This document shows positions 30,534 to 41,734 of a DNA stretch of 64,000 nt, one piece after another (position 1 is the stretch's first letter; every line of letters starts with the position of its first letter). Under the pieces are notes generated by a model. It was not told where the DNA came from and made no database searches. It worked only from the letters and a program-made list of their open reading frames with translations. The position numbers and the translations under genes were made by a program. The DNA comes from Myxococcota bacterium (GTDB lineage Bacteria > Myxococcota_A > UBA9160 > UBA6930). The stretch spans positions 640,001 through 704,000 of the forward strand of contig OZ245015.1 of assembly GCA_965223705.1 (NCBI GenBank). Reading direction: 5' to 3'.

Positions 30534-30613
30534 CCGCTGCCCGGAAGCTATCCGTCGTTCGGAGGTGCCGCAACGCGCGCGTTCCCGTGCGCGCGCTCCG
30601 CTATGTTCGGACG

Positions 30614-30919
30614 ATGTCCCACATCACGCTTTCCGACGTGACACGTATGGCGCGGCTCGCGCGTCTCCGGCTCGCCGACGATGAGCGCGAGGCCCTCGTC
30701 AAAGACCTCGACGCGATTTTGACCTACGCGGAAAGCCTGTCGCCGCTCGCGACCGACGACGTCCCGCCTACGCACCACGTGCTCCCGCTCGATACACCGC
30801 TCCGCGAGGACAGGCCGGCCGCGGCTCTGGCCCCCGAGAAAGCGCTCTGCAACGCGCCGGCGCGCGAAGGCACGGCGTTTTCGGTTCCCAAGGTGCTCGA
30901 TGGCGAAGACGAGGGATAG
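30614..30919 (+). CDS. gatC: Asp/Glu-tRNA amidotransferase subunit C
   Basis: ARLARL...LRED...NAP...FSVPKV; precedes gatA. Confidence 0.93.
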   Translation: MSHITLSDVTRMARLARLRLADDEREALVKDLDAILTYAESLSPLATDDVPPTHHVLPLDTPLREDRPAAALAPEKALCNAPAREGTAFSVPKVLDGEDEG

Positions 30920-32384
30920 TTTGGGATTCCTTTCGGGCGGCATTGCCGAGCTCCGAAGTGCCCTGGATCGAGGCGACACGACGGCTCGGTCGCTCGTCAC
31001 AGACGCCCTCGCCCGGGCACGCGAGGTGGGCCACCTCGGAATTTTTACGGCGCTGCGCGAAGACGCGGCGCTCGCCGAGGCGGAGGAAGCGGACGAGCGG
31101 CTCCGAGACGGGCGACCGCTCTCACCACTCGACGGGGTTCCCTTTGCGGTGAAGGACAACATCGCGCAGGCGGGAGAAATTCTCGGCTGCGGTTCGCGAT
31201 TTCTCGAAAACTACCGGTCCCCGTTCGACGCCACGTGCATCGAACGATTGCGAGCCGGAGGCGCGATCGCGATCGGTACGACGAACATGGACGAGTTCGC
31301 GATGGGCTCATCCACGGAACACTCGATCCACGGCCCGACAAAGAACCCCTGGGACGCAGGACGTGCGCCGGGCGGCTCGTCCGGTGGCTCCGCCGCCTGC
31401 GTCGCGGCCGGCGTGGTCCCGTTCAGCTTGGGGAGCGACACCGGTGGCTCGATTCGTCAGCCGGCGTCGTTCTGCGGGGTGGTCGGGATGAAACCGACCT
31501 ACGGACGCGTATCGCGGTGGGGGCTCGTCGCGTTCGCTTCCTCACTCGACCAGATCGGGCCCTTCGCCCATTGCGCGGAAGATTGCGCCCTCGTCCTCGA
31601 TCAGATCGCCGGGCCCGACCCGCGCGATTCGACCTCGCTGCCCGAAGCGCCGCCGCGCTGTGCAGAAGCGATCGATGGCGGCGTCGAGGGACTGCGCATC
31701 GGGATACCGCGAGAATATTTCGAGGCGGAAGGAGCTTCTCGCGACGTGATCGCATCGGTCCGCGAGGCTTTAGGCCTTCTCGAAGACGAGGGTGCGACGC
31801 TGTGCGAGGTTTCACTTCCCCATACGCCGTACGCCATCGCAACGTACTATCTGGTCGCGACGGCGGAGGCGTCGAGCAACCTCGCTCGCTACGACGGCGC
31901 GCGCTACGGCCGGCGATCACAGCAGGCGAATACGTTGCTCGACATGTACGAGCTCTCCCGATCGGAAGGGTTCGGCGCCGAGGTGAAGCGGCGCATTCTC
32001 CTCGGTACGTACGTGCTCTCCGCCGGTTACTACGACGCGTACTACCGCAAAGCGCAACAGGTGAGGACTTTGCTGCGGCGCGACTTCGACGCCGCTTTCG
32101 AGGCCTGCGACGTGTTGGCGACGCCGACGACACCGGAAGTCGCGTTCCCGTTCGGAGCGAAGAAGGACCCGCTCACGATGTATCTTTCCGACGTGTTCAC
32201 GGTGTCGGCGAACCTGGTCGGCGCGCCCGGCCTCTCGATCCCGTGCGGGCTCGTCGACGGATTGCCGGCCGGGCTCCAGCTACTCGGCCGACCCGGTGAC
32301 GATCCCACGCCACTGCGGGTGGCCGCCGCGTTCCAGAAGGTCCGCCCCTTCGAGACCTCGCCGCCGGGGAGGGCGGCCGCGTGA
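30900..32384 (+). CDS. gatA: Asp/Glu-tRNA amidotransferase subunit A
   Basis: KDN, NMDEFAMGSS, PGGSSGGS, SDTGGSIRQPA, EVKRRILLG. Confidence 0.97.
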   Translation: MAKTRDSLGFLSGGIAELRSALDRGDTTARSLVTDALARAREVGHLGIFTALREDAALAEAEEADERLRDGRPLSPLDGVPFAVKDNIAQAGEILGCGSRFLENYRSPFDATCIERLRAGGAIAIGTTNMDEFAMGSSTEHSIHGPTKNPWDAGRAPGGSSGGSAACVAAGVVPFSLGSDTGGSIRQPASFCGVVGMKPTYGRVSRWGLVAFASSLDQIGPFAHCAEDCALVLDQIAGPDPRDSTSLPEAPPRCAEAIDGGVEGLRIGIPREYFEAEGASRDVIASVREALGLLEDEGATLCEVSLPHTPYAIATYYLVATAEASSNLARYDGARYGRRSQQANTLLDMYELSRSEGFGAEVKRRILLGTYVLSAGYYDAYYRKAQQVRTLLRRDFDAAFEACDVLATPTTPEVAFPFGAKKDPLTMYLSDVFTVSANLVGAPGLSIPCGLVDGLPAGLQLLGRPGDDPTPLRVAAAFQKVRPFETSPPGRAAA

Positions 32385-33859
32385 CCGAGCATCCCGACTA
32401 CGAAGTGGTGATCGGACTCGAGGTGCACGTTCACCTCGACACCCGATCGAAACTCTTCTCGCCGTGCCCCGTCGAGTACGGGGGAGAACCGAATACGAGC
32501 GTTTCGGAGATTTGCTTGGCGCTTCCGGGGACGCTTCCCGTGATCTCCGAGGAAGCGGTGCGCTGTGCCGTCCGGGCCGGGTTCGCGACGCACTGCGAGA
32601 TCCATCCTTTCTCGGTATTCGCGCGCAAACACTACTTTTATCCCGACTTGCCGAAGGGCTACCAGATCTCGCAGTTCGAAGAGCCGCTCGCCACGGGCGG
32701 CTACGTCGAGATCGAGGGCGCCGACGGGGCGCCCTTGCGGATTCGGCTGACGCGCATCCACATGGAAGAAGACGCCGGCAAGTCGATTCACGACGATGCG
32801 ACAGCCGGTTCCGACGCCACGCTCATCGATCTCAATCGGGCGGGCGTGCCGCTGATCGAGATCGTTTCCGAGCCGGATTTGCGATCCCCCGAAGACGCCG
32901 CCTCCTACCTGCGGAGTCTCCACCGAACTCTCCGCTACGCCGCGGTGTCCTTGGCCGACATGGAAAAGGGCCAGTTTCGATGCGACGCCAACATCTCGTT
33001 GCGACCGCACGGTGAGAAAGAGTTCGGCACGCGGACCGAGATCAAGAACTTGAATTCGTTCCGTTCCGTCGAGTTCGCACTACACGCCGAGATTCGTCGT
33101 CAGGCCGACTTGCTCGATGCGGGGGAATCGATCGTTCAAGCGACCATGGGCTATGACGCCGAACGCGATCGGACCTTTGTGATGCGGACGAAAGAAAACG
33201 CCGACGACTACCGTTACTTTCCCGATCCGGATCTCATCCCACTGCAGCTTTCCGAGGCGTTCATCGAGGAGATTCGAGCGGCGCTCCCCGAGCTGCCCTC
33301 CGCGCGGCGCGCGCGGTTCGTCGCCGAGTACGGCCTTTCGGAATACGACGCCGAGGTGCTGACCAACAGTCGGGCGCTCGCCGAGCTGTTCGAGCGGACC
33401 CTCGCCGCGAGCGGCGAAGACGCGCCTCTCGAGAAGCGCGCAAAGACAGCCGCAAACTGGATTACACAGGACGTCTTGGCCGCACTCAAGGAGCGCGACC
33501 TCGAGGTCGACAGCAGCGAACTCACGCCCGAGGCCTTGGGTGAGTTGATCCGATTGGTGAGCTCCGGCTCGGTGACGGCGAAGAACGCGCGCGATCTTCT
33601 TCCCGAGCTACTGCTCGAAGGGGGGTCGCCAGAAGCTCTCGTGCGCGAGCGCGGCCTCGCCGCCGTCTCCGATTCCGCGACGTTGTTGCCGATTATCGAT
33701 GCCGTCCTGGCTGAACACGCGGAAGCCGTCGCCAGCTACCGCGAAGGTGAGGCGAAGTCGCTCAATTTTCTGATGGGTCAAGTGATGCGGAAGACCCAAG
33801 GCAAAGCGAACGCGGCCGAGGTGCGCGCGCTACTCGTCGACAAACTCGGCTCGGGTTGA
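32381..33859 (+). CDS. gatB: Asp/Glu-tRNA amidotransferase subunit B
   Basis: IGLEVH, RKHYFYPDLPKGYQISQ, HMEEDAGK, DYRYFPDPDL. Confidence 0.98.
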   Translation: MTEHPDYEVVIGLEVHVHLDTRSKLFSPCPVEYGGEPNTSVSEICLALPGTLPVISEEAVRCAVRAGFATHCEIHPFSVFARKHYFYPDLPKGYQISQFEEPLATGGYVEIEGADGAPLRIRLTRIHMEEDAGKSIHDDATAGSDATLIDLNRAGVPLIEIVSEPDLRSPEDAASYLRSLHRTLRYAAVSLADMEKGQFRCDANISLRPHGEKEFGTRTEIKNLNSFRSVEFALHAEIRRQADLLDAGESIVQATMGYDAERDRTFVMRTKENADDYRYFPDPDLIPLQLSEAFIEEIRAALPELPSARRARFVAEYGLSEYDAEVLTNSRALAELFERTLAASGEDAPLEKRAKTAANWITQDVLAALKERDLEVDSSELTPEALGELIRLVSSGSVTAKNARDLLPELLLEGGSPEALVRERGLAAVSDSATLLPIIDAVLAEHAEAVASYREGEAKSLNFLMGQVMRKTQGKANAAEVRALLVDKLGSG

Positions 33860-33884
33860 TCGGCGCGCTGGGGGTGAGGGTTTC

Positions 33885-36038
33885 ATGAAGCGATTATTCC
33901 GAGTGATGCTGGTGCTTTCGGCCGTGCTGGTTCTCGCGCTCGTCGCGGCGGTCGTGTTGCTGCCCAAACTCGCCGAGAGCGAAGAAGTCCGTCGACAATT
34001 GATGGCCGCGGGTTCCGAGGCCACGGGGCGGGACGTCGCGTTCGGCGAGCTCGACGTCGCGTTGTTGCCGCCGGGATTGCGAATGACCGACGCCCGCGTG
34101 TCGGGTGTGGCGGAAAGCGATCCTCCGTTTCTCGAGGCGGCGACAATCGATCTCCGCCTTTCCTGGCTTTCGCTCCTCTCGTTCTCCGTCGTCGTCGATT
34201 CTCTCGTCGTCGAGGGAGCGACCCTTCGTATGGTGCGGGGAGAGGATGGCCTGGTGCTCCCCATCCTCGAGACCGATACAGAGGGCGCATCGCCGACGGA
34301 GGCCCCCTCGGCGTCGGAGGCTCCCGCCGGCAGTGCCGAAGATGAGGCGCTTTCCCTCGCGGTTCGCGATGTGCGGTTGCGCGAGACGCGGGTCATTTTC
34401 GAGGATCAGACGACGGAGCCGCCGGTGCTCGTCGAAGTGTCGAATCTCGCCGGCCACGCGGAAGGCTCCTTGCTCCCGCGACGCCTCGACTTCGATTTCT
34501 CCGGAGGACTCTCGAGCGGAGGAAGCTTGCGACTCCACGGGCACGCCTCGGCGGACGGTGAGGCGGAGGTAAAGGTCGATTTGTCCGACGTTCGAATCGA
34601 TCCCTTCGCCGTCTATGCACCGCCGACGATGGGGGCGCTCGCGGGGAGCCTTTCCGGTGAGGTTGCGATCGAGCACGCGGCACAAAGCGGTGAGGCGGAC
34701 CGACTCGTTTTCGATCTCCGCCTCGATGAAGGGGACGTCGCGCTCGACGATGTGACGATGCGCGGCGCGCTCAAGGCGAGTGGCGTGCTGCGAGATCCTA
34801 CGGGCTCGCCCGCCGGAGACTTCAGCATCGACGCGACGTCGGCGGAGCTCCGCTACGCCGAATCCTTTGCGAAACCGGTGGGCACGCCGGCACGCGCTAC
34901 GGGCAAGCTCGCTGCGGGCAGCGACGGTGTGGTCCGTATCGAGGGCACGAAGCTCAAGGTCGACGCGCTCGAAGCGGATGTCGACGCCGAGGTCGGCGAC
35001 GCGACGGAGGTCGAGATCACCGCGCCGGCTTTTGAGCTCGGCTCCGTCGCGCGTCTTTTCCCCGACGCGACATCGGACAAGAGCGTCTCCGGGAAAGCGG
35101 CGTTTCGCAAGTTTGTGTTCCGACAGACGGGCGACCAGTTCGCGTTTTCAGGTGAAGCCGAACTCGCAAAGCTCGCCATCGCCGGAGGCGACGCGCCACC
35201 GGTCGAAATCTCGGGTGTCTTCGCCGGCTCGGGGAACGCGCTGGCGAGTGAGAACTTGGCGGTCACCGTCGGGAAGCAGGTCCTCCCGCTCGCCCTCAGG
35301 CTCAGCGAACTCGATACGTCGCCCCGTTTCCACGTGTCCGGGAAAGCGCAGGACTTGGACAGTCAAGCGCTCCTCGCGGCCCTTGCGGGCACCGACGACA
35401 AATTGTCAGGACCGCTCGATCTCGATCTCGACTTGCGCGGCCCGCTCTCGGAGGAAGCGCTCGGCGCCATGGGCGGGCGCGTCGCGTTCGAAGTCCGCCC
35501 GGGCCAGCTGCGCGGCGTTTCTCTGCTCGAGTCAGTCGGAGACCAGCTGGGTTTCCTGGGGCAAGCCGCGCTCGCAGTCGGAGAAAAGGAAGGTGGTCGT
35601 TCCCTCAAACGCCTCTACGGCGACGAGTTCGAGGTTCTCTCCGGAAGTTTCGACATCGTCCGCGGTATCGCGCGCACCGAGGATCTTCAGCTCATCTATC
35701 GCGAGTACGACGTGAAGCTCCGCGGTGCGATCGCGCTGGCCGATCTCGGCCTCGACATGAGCGGCACCCTCACGCTGAATGAGGAGGCCAAGGAAGCGCT
35801 CGGGACGGGTGCAGAAGCGAAACCCAAGCGGGTCATTCCCTTGGCGCACGTCGGAGGAACCGCGAACGCTCCGAAAGTGACGGTGCGGGCGGACGACGCG
35901 CTGTCCATCGTTCGTAGCGTTCGCCCCGACAAAGTCGAAAAACTCTCCGACGAAATCGATGAACGATTGGGAGAGGGCGCCGGCAAGCAAGTCCTCGACG
36001 CGCTCGAAGGGTTTCTCGGTGGCGGACGCCGGAACTGA
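33885..36038 (+). CDS. AsmA-family protein
   Basis: N-terminal anchor followed by ATGRDV; beta-rich repeats; AsmA-like C-terminus (VGGTANAP). Confidence 0.8.
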   Translation: MKRLFRVMLVLSAVLVLALVAAVVLLPKLAESEEVRRQLMAAGSEATGRDVAFGELDVALLPPGLRMTDARVSGVAESDPPFLEAATIDLRLSWLSLLSFSVVVDSLVVEGATLRMVRGEDGLVLPILETDTEGASPTEAPSASEAPAGSAEDEALSLAVRDVRLRETRVIFEDQTTEPPVLVEVSNLAGHAEGSLLPRRLDFDFSGGLSSGGSLRLHGHASADGEAEVKVDLSDVRIDPFAVYAPPTMGALAGSLSGEVAIEHAAQSGEADRLVFDLRLDEGDVALDDVTMRGALKASGVLRDPTGSPAGDFSIDATSAELRYAESFAKPVGTPARATGKLAAGSDGVVRIEGTKLKVDALEADVDAEVGDATEVEITAPAFELGSVARLFPDATSDKSVSGKAAFRKFVFRQTGDQFAFSGEAELAKLAIAGGDAPPVEISGVFAGSGNALASENLAVTVGKQVLPLALRLSELDTSPRFHVSGKAQDLDSQALLAALAGTDDKLSGPLDLDLDLRGPLSEEALGAMGGRVAFEVRPGQLRGVSLLESVGDQLGFLGQAALAVGEKEGGRSLKRLYGDEFEVLSGSFDIVRGIARTEDLQLIYREYDVKLRGAIALADLGLDMSGTLTLNEEAKEALGTGAEAKPKRVIPLAHVGGTANAPKVTVRADDALSIVRSVRPDKVEKLSDEIDERLGEGAGKQVLDALEGFLGGGRRN

Positions 36039-37107
36039 CGTCGCCAGAACAGGGAGCGCGCCGAACGACTGGTACACGCTGCGCTGGTCGGGAGACGCCC
36101 TGGAGCTCCTCGACCAACGGGCACTCCCCGACGTCGAACGTTATCTGCGCTTGACCCACGTCGAAGAAGTTGCCGAGGCGATCGAATCCCTGGCAATCCG
36201 CGGCGCCCCGGCGATCGGCTGCGCGGCGGCCTTCGGGCTGGTGTGTGCGGCCAACACGGCGAAGGCCAAAGACCTCGTGGGCCTGCGGGCTGCGCTCGAC
36301 ACCGCACGGGATCGCCTCAACCGCACCCGACCCACAGCGGTGAACCTCGCCTGGGCACTGTCGCGCATGGCGATGGTGTGGTCTCCGCCTCGGACCTACG
36401 ACGGTCCGTCGAAACTCCGGGACGCGCTTCTCGCCGAAGCCCAGGACATTCTTCGCGAAGACGTCGCAGCGTGTCGCGCAATTGGAGCGGCCGCACTTCC
36501 GCTCGTCCCTGACGGGGCGCGCATTCTCACCCACTGCAACGCCGGCGCGTTGGCGACGGCGGGCTACGGCACCGCACTCGGCGTGGTTCGTGCCGCCCAC
36601 GAGGCCGGGCGGAACGTCGTCGTCCTCGCGGATGAGACGCGTCCCTTCCTTCAGGGCGCTCGCTTGACGGCCTGGGAGCTCGCTCGCGACGAGATTCCGG
36701 TCACCGTGGTGACCGACAACATGGCGGGTTACCTGATGCGCGAAGGCGACGTGGATCTCGTCGTCGTCGGCGCCGACCGCATCGCCCGCAACGGCGACGT
36801 TGCGAACAAAATCGGCACGTACGCCGTCGCCGTGCTCGCCCGCGAACACGGCATTCCCTTTTGCGTGGCAGCGCCGTGTTCGACCGTCGACTTGGCGACC
36901 GCGTCGGGAGAATCGATTCCGATCGAGGAACGCGGGCGGGAAGAAGTCGCAACCATCGGCGGCCAGAACATTCTGCCCGCGGGCGTGCCGGTGCGGCATC
37001 CGGCCTTCGACGTCACACCGGCCGCACTCGTCGCCGCGATCGTCACGGAAAAGGGAATCGCGCGACCGCCCTACGAAACGTCCCTCCGCGAGATGATGAG
37101 CAAGTAA
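36019..37107 (+). CDS. mtnA: S-methyl-5-thioribose-1-phosphate isomerase
   Basis: [50 protein letters not shown]; start approximate. Confidence 0.95.
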   Translation: MADAGTDVARTGSAPNDWYTLRWSGDALELLDQRALPDVERYLRLTHVEEVAEAIESLAIRGAPAIGCAAAFGLVCAANTAKAKDLVGLRAALDTARDRLNRTRPTAVNLAWALSRMAMVWSPPRTYDGPSKLRDALLAEAQDILREDVAACRAIGAAALPLVPDGARILTHCNAGALATAGYGTALGVVRAAHEAGRNVVVLADETRPFLQGARLTAWELARDEIPVTVVTDNMAGYLMREGDVDLVVVGADRIARNGDVANKIGTYAVAVLAREHGIPFCVAAPCSTVDLATASGESIPIEERGREEVATIGGQNILPAGVPVRHPAFDVTPAALVAAIVTEKGIARPPYETSLREMMSK

Positions 37108-37232
37108 GCGGCACGTGGACCGCATCCACGACGCGTCGTTCGGCCGCGTTGCGAGTGAGAGCTGTCACGCTGGCTTCGTTCCCTTCTGGCGATACCTCCC
37201 TCGAGCGACGGGCTCGTTCACAGGAGGTTCCC

Positions 37233-39197
37233 ATGGCGCCGCGCATTCTTCTCGCCGACGACGATCGACACTTTGCCGATATCCTCGCCAAGGCACTTTC
37301 CGCTGCCGGTTATGAAATGAGCGTCTGCTACGACGGCGAACGCGCGGTGTCGATGGCCCGCGAGCAGTCCCCGGAACTCGTGATCCTCGATGTCTTGTTG
37401 CCCCAGCGCGATGGCTTCTCCGCACTGCAGGCGATCCGCGCGGACACGGAAATTGAGCGGCAACCCGCGGCTCTGCTGCTCACCGGTTGCTCTCCGACAG
37501 CTCGCTACAGAACGCGCGCGCACGAACTCGCGGCGGAAGCCCTGCTGACGAAGCCACTTCCGTTGGACGAAATCCAGGCGCGCGTCGCGAAAGCCATCGG
37601 CAGCGGGCCGCCGGTCCAGGCTGGGGGGCGAGGACCGTCGCTCCACGGGGAGCTCGAGAAGACGCCTCTTCCGGCGGTGTTGCACCAACTCCACGGTATG
37701 CGGGCGAGCGGTGTGCTCGTTCTCGAGAACGGTGACGAAAAACGAGGAATCGAGCTCTCGGACGGGCAGCTCTCGTCCGTGCAGTCGAACTTGCGCAGCG
37801 AATGCCTGGGCAACTTGCTCGCCGCCGCGGGCAAGATCAGCTGGGACGTGATGCACGAATCGCTCCGCCGCGTGAAGCAGGGAGAGGGGCTGCAGGGCCA
37901 GATCTTGTTGGCGATGCACATGCTCGACGAGGAAGATCTCGCGCGGGCGCTGCGGCAACAGGCGGACGAGAAGCTCTTTCAGGCCTTCGCCTGGGCCCGA
38001 GGGAGTTATCAGTTCGCGAGCGGAGCGGCTCTCAAAACGAAGAATCGGCTCCGCCTGAAGCGGAGTGTTGCGAACGCCATCATGCAGGGCGTGCGGTCCC
38101 GCACGCCGTTCTCGGTGATCGAACGCTTCTTTTCGGAGAGCGGCCCCGGGTATCTGATCCCCTCGGAGCGTCCGTTCTACCGCTTCCAAGAGATCGATCT
38201 GGCCACCGACGAGGAGCAGCTCTTCGCCGAACTCGCCGACGGGCTCGTCATTCCCGAAGGCCTGCCCCGAGACGAGGCGCTACTTCGAGCGCTCTACGGC
38301 TTCATCGCGACCGAGCTCGTCGAGTTCCGTCGCGGTGTTCCGCCGGCGGCGGCACCGAAGCAGACCGCAGCCGAGGTCGTGCAGCCGACGAAACGCGGCG
38401 CCAGCGAACGCCGCGGTCGGGGGCCCCAGCTGTCCGAGCGGTCGGCCTTCGAAGCGACGCTTCGCGCAGACTTGGCGCGCCTCGCCAAGGAGTTCCACGG
38501 GGCCGACGCATTCGGCGTCCTCGGAGTTCCCGAGCGCACGAACGACGCGGAAGTCCGAGCCGCGTACATCGAGCTGGCGAAGCGCACCCACCCGGACCGA
38601 CTGAACGCCGTCGGCGCGCCGGTGCGCGCTCTGGCCGAAGACGTGTTTGCCCGGGTGTCCGAGGCCTACGAGGCGCTCTCCACCGCGGAGGGCCGCCAGG
38701 AAGTGATTCGGGCTCGGCGCGAGCGTCCCCGAGACGAGGCGGACCTCGACGAAGGTCGGCGCGCGCTCGAGGCCGAGCTGGCGTTCCAAAAGGGGGACGC
38801 CGCGCTCTCCCACAGCCAGTTCGAGAAAGCCGAGGAGTATTTCCGCTCGGCGAGCGAAAGCTATCCCGAGGAAGGCGAATATCTGGCGCACTGGGCGCTC
38901 GCGTCGTACTTGGCGGCTCCGGATGAGGCCGGACGCCTCCAGGAATCGATCGAGATGGCGCTCCAGGCCCGCAGGCTCTCACCGCAGCGGGAGAAGATCT
39001 ACCTGGTACTCGGCAAGCTCTACAAGGCGGCCGATCGCGCGCCCCTGGCGGAGCGCATGTTCGGTCGCGCCGTCGAACTCGATCCGGATTGCCTCGAGGC
39101 CGTGCGCGAACTCCGGCTCCTCGACATGCGGCGAGGACGCAAGCGGTTCGGCAAAGGCCCCGGAATCCTTCGGCGTTTTTGGCGGGGTGCTTCCTAG
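37233..39197 (+). CDS. response regulator: REC + DUF4388-like + DnaJ domain + TPR
   Basis: ILLADDD...ILDVLLP...KP receiver; THPD J-domain motif; C-terminal TPR helices; CAGGAGG SD. Confidence 0.85.
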   Translation: MAPRILLADDDRHFADILAKALSAAGYEMSVCYDGERAVSMAREQSPELVILDVLLPQRDGFSALQAIRADTEIERQPAALLLTGCSPTARYRTRAHELAAEALLTKPLPLDEIQARVAKAIGSGPPVQAGGRGPSLHGELEKTPLPAVLHQLHGMRASGVLVLENGDEKRGIELSDGQLSSVQSNLRSECLGNLLAAAGKISWDVMHESLRRVKQGEGLQGQILLAMHMLDEEDLARALRQQADEKLFQAFAWARGSYQFASGAALKTKNRLRLKRSVANAIMQGVRSRTPFSVIERFFSESGPGYLIPSERPFYRFQEIDLATDEEQLFAELADGLVIPEGLPRDEALLRALYGFIATELVEFRRGVPPAAAPKQTAAEVVQPTKRGASERRGRGPQLSERSAFEATLRADLARLAKEFHGADAFGVLGVPERTNDAEVRAAYIELAKRTHPDRLNAVGAPVRALAEDVFARVSEAYEALSTAEGRQEVIRARRERPRDEADLDEGRRALEAELAFQKGDAALSHSQFEKAEEYFRSASESYPEEGEYLAHWALASYLAAPDEAGRLQESIEMALQARRLSPQREKIYLVLGKLYKAADRAPLAERMFGRAVELDPDCLEAVRELRLLDMRRGRKRFGKGPGILRRFWRGAS

Positions 39198-39276
39198 GGT
39201 CAGCAAGCTCGCTACTCTTCCTCTTCTGCGTTGCGGCAGCACCGTCGCAGCAGCACCTAGGGCCGGGAGAGTGACG

Positions 39277-40197
39277 ATGACGGAGATTCGGGGCGAAAAG
39301 ATCTGGCTCGACGGGGAGATGGTCGACTGGGACGACGCCAACGTCCACATCCTGACCCACACCCTTCACTACGGGCTCGGTGTATTCGAAGGCATCCGCT
39401 GCTACCGGACCGACGACAACCGTTCGGCCGTGTTCCGCCTTCCCGAACACACGCGCCGGCTTTTTCAATCGGCGCATATCAACTTGATGGAGATCCCGTT
39501 CGACGAGGCGACCGTTTCGGCGGCGGTCCTCGAGACGCTCCGAGCGAACGGGCTGGCGGAAGGATACGTCCGACCCATCGCGTTTCTCGGAAGCGGTGCG
39601 ATGGGGCTCTATCCCGCGGACAACCCGGTGCGACTCGGCATCATCGCGTGGCCCTGGGGTGCGTACTTGGGAGACGAGGGGCTCGAACGCGGAATCCGCG
39701 CGAAGGTCTCCACGTTTGCCCGCCATCACGTGAACGCAAAACTCACCAAAGGGAAGACCTGCGGCGACTACGTCAACTCGATCCTGGCGAAACGCGAAGC
39801 GGTCCTCGACGGTTACGACGAAGCGATCATGCTCGACACGCAGGGGCTGGTTTCCGAAGCGTCTGGCGAGAACATCTTCATCGTTCGCAACGGTGAGATC
39901 CGAACACCACAGCTCCCGACGATCCTCGACGGCATCACCCGTGCGGCCATCATCGAGATGGCGAAGGACAAGAGCATCCCGGTGGTCGAAACGCCGATCA
40001 CGCGGGATGAACTCTACGTCGCGGACGAAGTGTTCCTCACCGGAACCGCTGCCGAGGTGACGCCCATCCGCGAGATCGACCGCCGCACCGTCGGAGTCGG
40101 ACGCCGCGGTCCCATCGCGAAGACGCTGCAAGAGACTTTCTTCAAGGCGGTTTCGGGTTCCGAACCCAAATACGAGAAGTGGCTCACGTACCTGTAG
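39277..40197 (+). CDS. ilvE: branched-chain amino acid aminotransferase
   Basis: LHYGLGVFEGIR, YVRP, EASGENIF, LDGITR, TGTAAEVTP. Confidence 0.96.
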   Translation: MTEIRGEKIWLDGEMVDWDDANVHILTHTLHYGLGVFEGIRCYRTDDNRSAVFRLPEHTRRLFQSAHINLMEIPFDEATVSAAVLETLRANGLAEGYVRPIAFLGSGAMGLYPADNPVRLGIIAWPWGAYLGDEGLERGIRAKVSTFARHHVNAKLTKGKTCGDYVNSILAKREAVLDGYDEAIMLDTQGLVSEASGENIFIVRNGEIRTPQLPTILDGITRAAIIEMAKDKSIPVVETPITRDELYVADEVFLTGTAAEVTPIREIDRRTVGVGRRGPIAKTLQETFFKAVSGSEPKYEKWLTYL

Positions 40198-40203
40198 CGT
40201 CCG

Positions 40204-40533
40204 CTAATTGATGCGATGCTCGGCGACGTAGCGCCCGGCTTCGAAACTGTCGAAGAACTCCGACAACATCGGATGAGAAACCGGTTGCGGGCGGGGATCT
40301 GCGCGCAAGTGCCGCTCGGCGACGTACGTCATTTGATCGCCGTCGTGGACCAACACGTGGTACCAGGGCGCGTCTTTGGGAGGCCGGGAGCGCGCGACGT
40401 GCTCGTACCAATCGTCCGAGAGTTCGAAGCGCGAATCGACGTCGACAATCACACCGCGGTAGCCAAACCGTTCGTGAACGACGAGTTGGCCCACGGTGAA
40501 CTTCGCGCCGCGATCGGTGTCGCTGGTACCCAT
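40204..40533 (-). CDS. hspQ: heat shock protein HspQ (YccV-like)
   Basis: AKFTVGQLVVH..FGYRGVIVDVD, PWYHVLV, TYVAE. Confidence 0.92.
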   Translation of the reverse strand: MGTSDTDRGAKFTVGQLVVHERFGYRGVIVDVDSRFELSDDWYEHVARSRPPKDAPWYHVLVHDGDQMTYVAERHLRADPRPQPVSHPMLSEFFDSFEAGRYVAEHRIN

Positions 40534-40586
40534 GACCCGAAAGCGTACTCGAGTGTCGGCGCGTCGGCTCGCTTCGGCAAGTCGCC

Positions 40587-41423
40587 GTGAAGATCGTTCT
40601 CAGTCGCAAGGGCTTTGACTCGAGTAGCGGCGGCATGCCGAGTCCGATCTTACCGTCCGGTCAAATCGTTTCGCTGCCGATTCCCGATCCGTCGTCGCCC
40701 GTTCGATACGCCGACCTCGCCGTCGTTCGGGAAAGCATGGGGGACCTCGTCGCGTCCTTGAGTCGCGGGCGCATTCGGGAAAGCGAGGGCGCCCACCTCG
40801 ATCCGGATCTGTCCGCGCGCGTGTGTCCGCGCCCCGAAGGCTTCAGGGGGGCATTCGGACAGTGCGGCGCCGCAGCGAGGCACCTCGAGCGCGAAGGCGT
40901 CGGGCGCGGCGATTTGTTTCTCTTCTTCGGATGGTTCCGCGAGGTGGAACGGACCGCGAAAGGCTTTGCGTTTCGCCGCGGCGCGCCCGATCTACATCTC
41001 TTGTTCGGCTGGTTGCAAGTCGCGAGCGTGCAGCCGGTGGAGGACGTCGAGGATCGGCGCTGTGCGCGGCATCCGCATCACTTCGGCCGGCGTCCCGAGC
41101 CGAACCACCTCTATCTCGCCGCGCGAAAGCTCGACGTGTTGGGCCCCGGTCTCGGCAAGGGCGGGGCTGGTCTGTTCGCGCGCCTCGCTCCCGCACGCGT
41201 GCTGACCGCGGCGGACTCCAAGCGGAGCGAATGGGAACTGCCGTCTTGGTTCAAGCCGCGGAGGGGTCGGTTTCCGCTCACCTATCACGGAGACGCGGCG
41301 CGCTACCGGGTTCGGAACGGCGGGGTCCGGTTGCAGAGCGTCGCGCGCGGACAAGAGTTCGTCCTCGACACGACGCACTACCCCGAAGCGATCGCGTGGG
41401 CGCGATCGATGTTCATGCCCTGA
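40587..41423 (+). CDS. Nmad3-like (nucleotide modification-associated domain 3) protein
   Basis: LSRKGFDS..GG.PSPI, HLDPDL, GAFGQ.GAA..HL, GDLFLFFGWF, LFGWLQ, GQEFV; recognised from memory. Confidence 0.75.
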   Translation: MKIVLSRKGFDSSSGGMPSPILPSGQIVSLPIPDPSSPVRYADLAVVRESMGDLVASLSRGRIRESEGAHLDPDLSARVCPRPEGFRGAFGQCGAAARHLEREGVGRGDLFLFFGWFREVERTAKGFAFRRGAPDLHLLFGWLQVASVQPVEDVEDRRCARHPHHFGRRPEPNHLYLAARKLDVLGPGLGKGGAGLFARLAPARVLTAADSKRSEWELPSWFKPRRGRFPLTYHGDAARYRVRNGGVRLQSVARGQEFVLDTTHYPEAIAWARSMFMP

Positions 41424-41437
41424 GAGCGCGCGAGGCG

Positions 41438-41734
41438 CTAGTGGCTCGCGATGGGATCGACGAAGACGAAGCGCGCCGGTTCGTGAACGAGGTATTTGTA
41501 GGGAACCCCGATCTCCTTCGGTCGCGAGATCGCCGTCACCCCGGCGGCGGGGATGAACAAGAGGGTGCCGACGCCCAACATGATGAGACCCAAGGGGCGC
41601 ATGACGAGAATGTCCGTCAGCGGTCCCGCGGGCTCGGCCTCGGCCTCTTCAATACTGGTTCTCGCCATCCCGGGCGTCGCCAGCGCGGCGGCGAGCAACA
41701 GGGTCGAGACAAAGCGGAAGATCGATTTCTTCAT
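41438..41734 (-). CDS. small exported/membrane hypothetical protein
   Basis: GAGGGG SD; signal peptide; DILVMRPLG plus hydrophobic segment. Confidence 0.75.
   Translation of the reverse strand: MKKSIFRFVSTLLLAAALATPGMARTSIEEAEAEPAGPLTDILVMRPLGLIMLGVGTLLFIPAAGVTAISRPKEIGVPYKYLVHEPARFVFVDPIASH

Noticed and set aside
37109..37130. CGGCACG-TGGA-CCGCA as a sigma-54 promoter
   Set aside because: Poor -12 element; it overlaps a CGTGGA/TCCACG hairpin just after the mtnA stop
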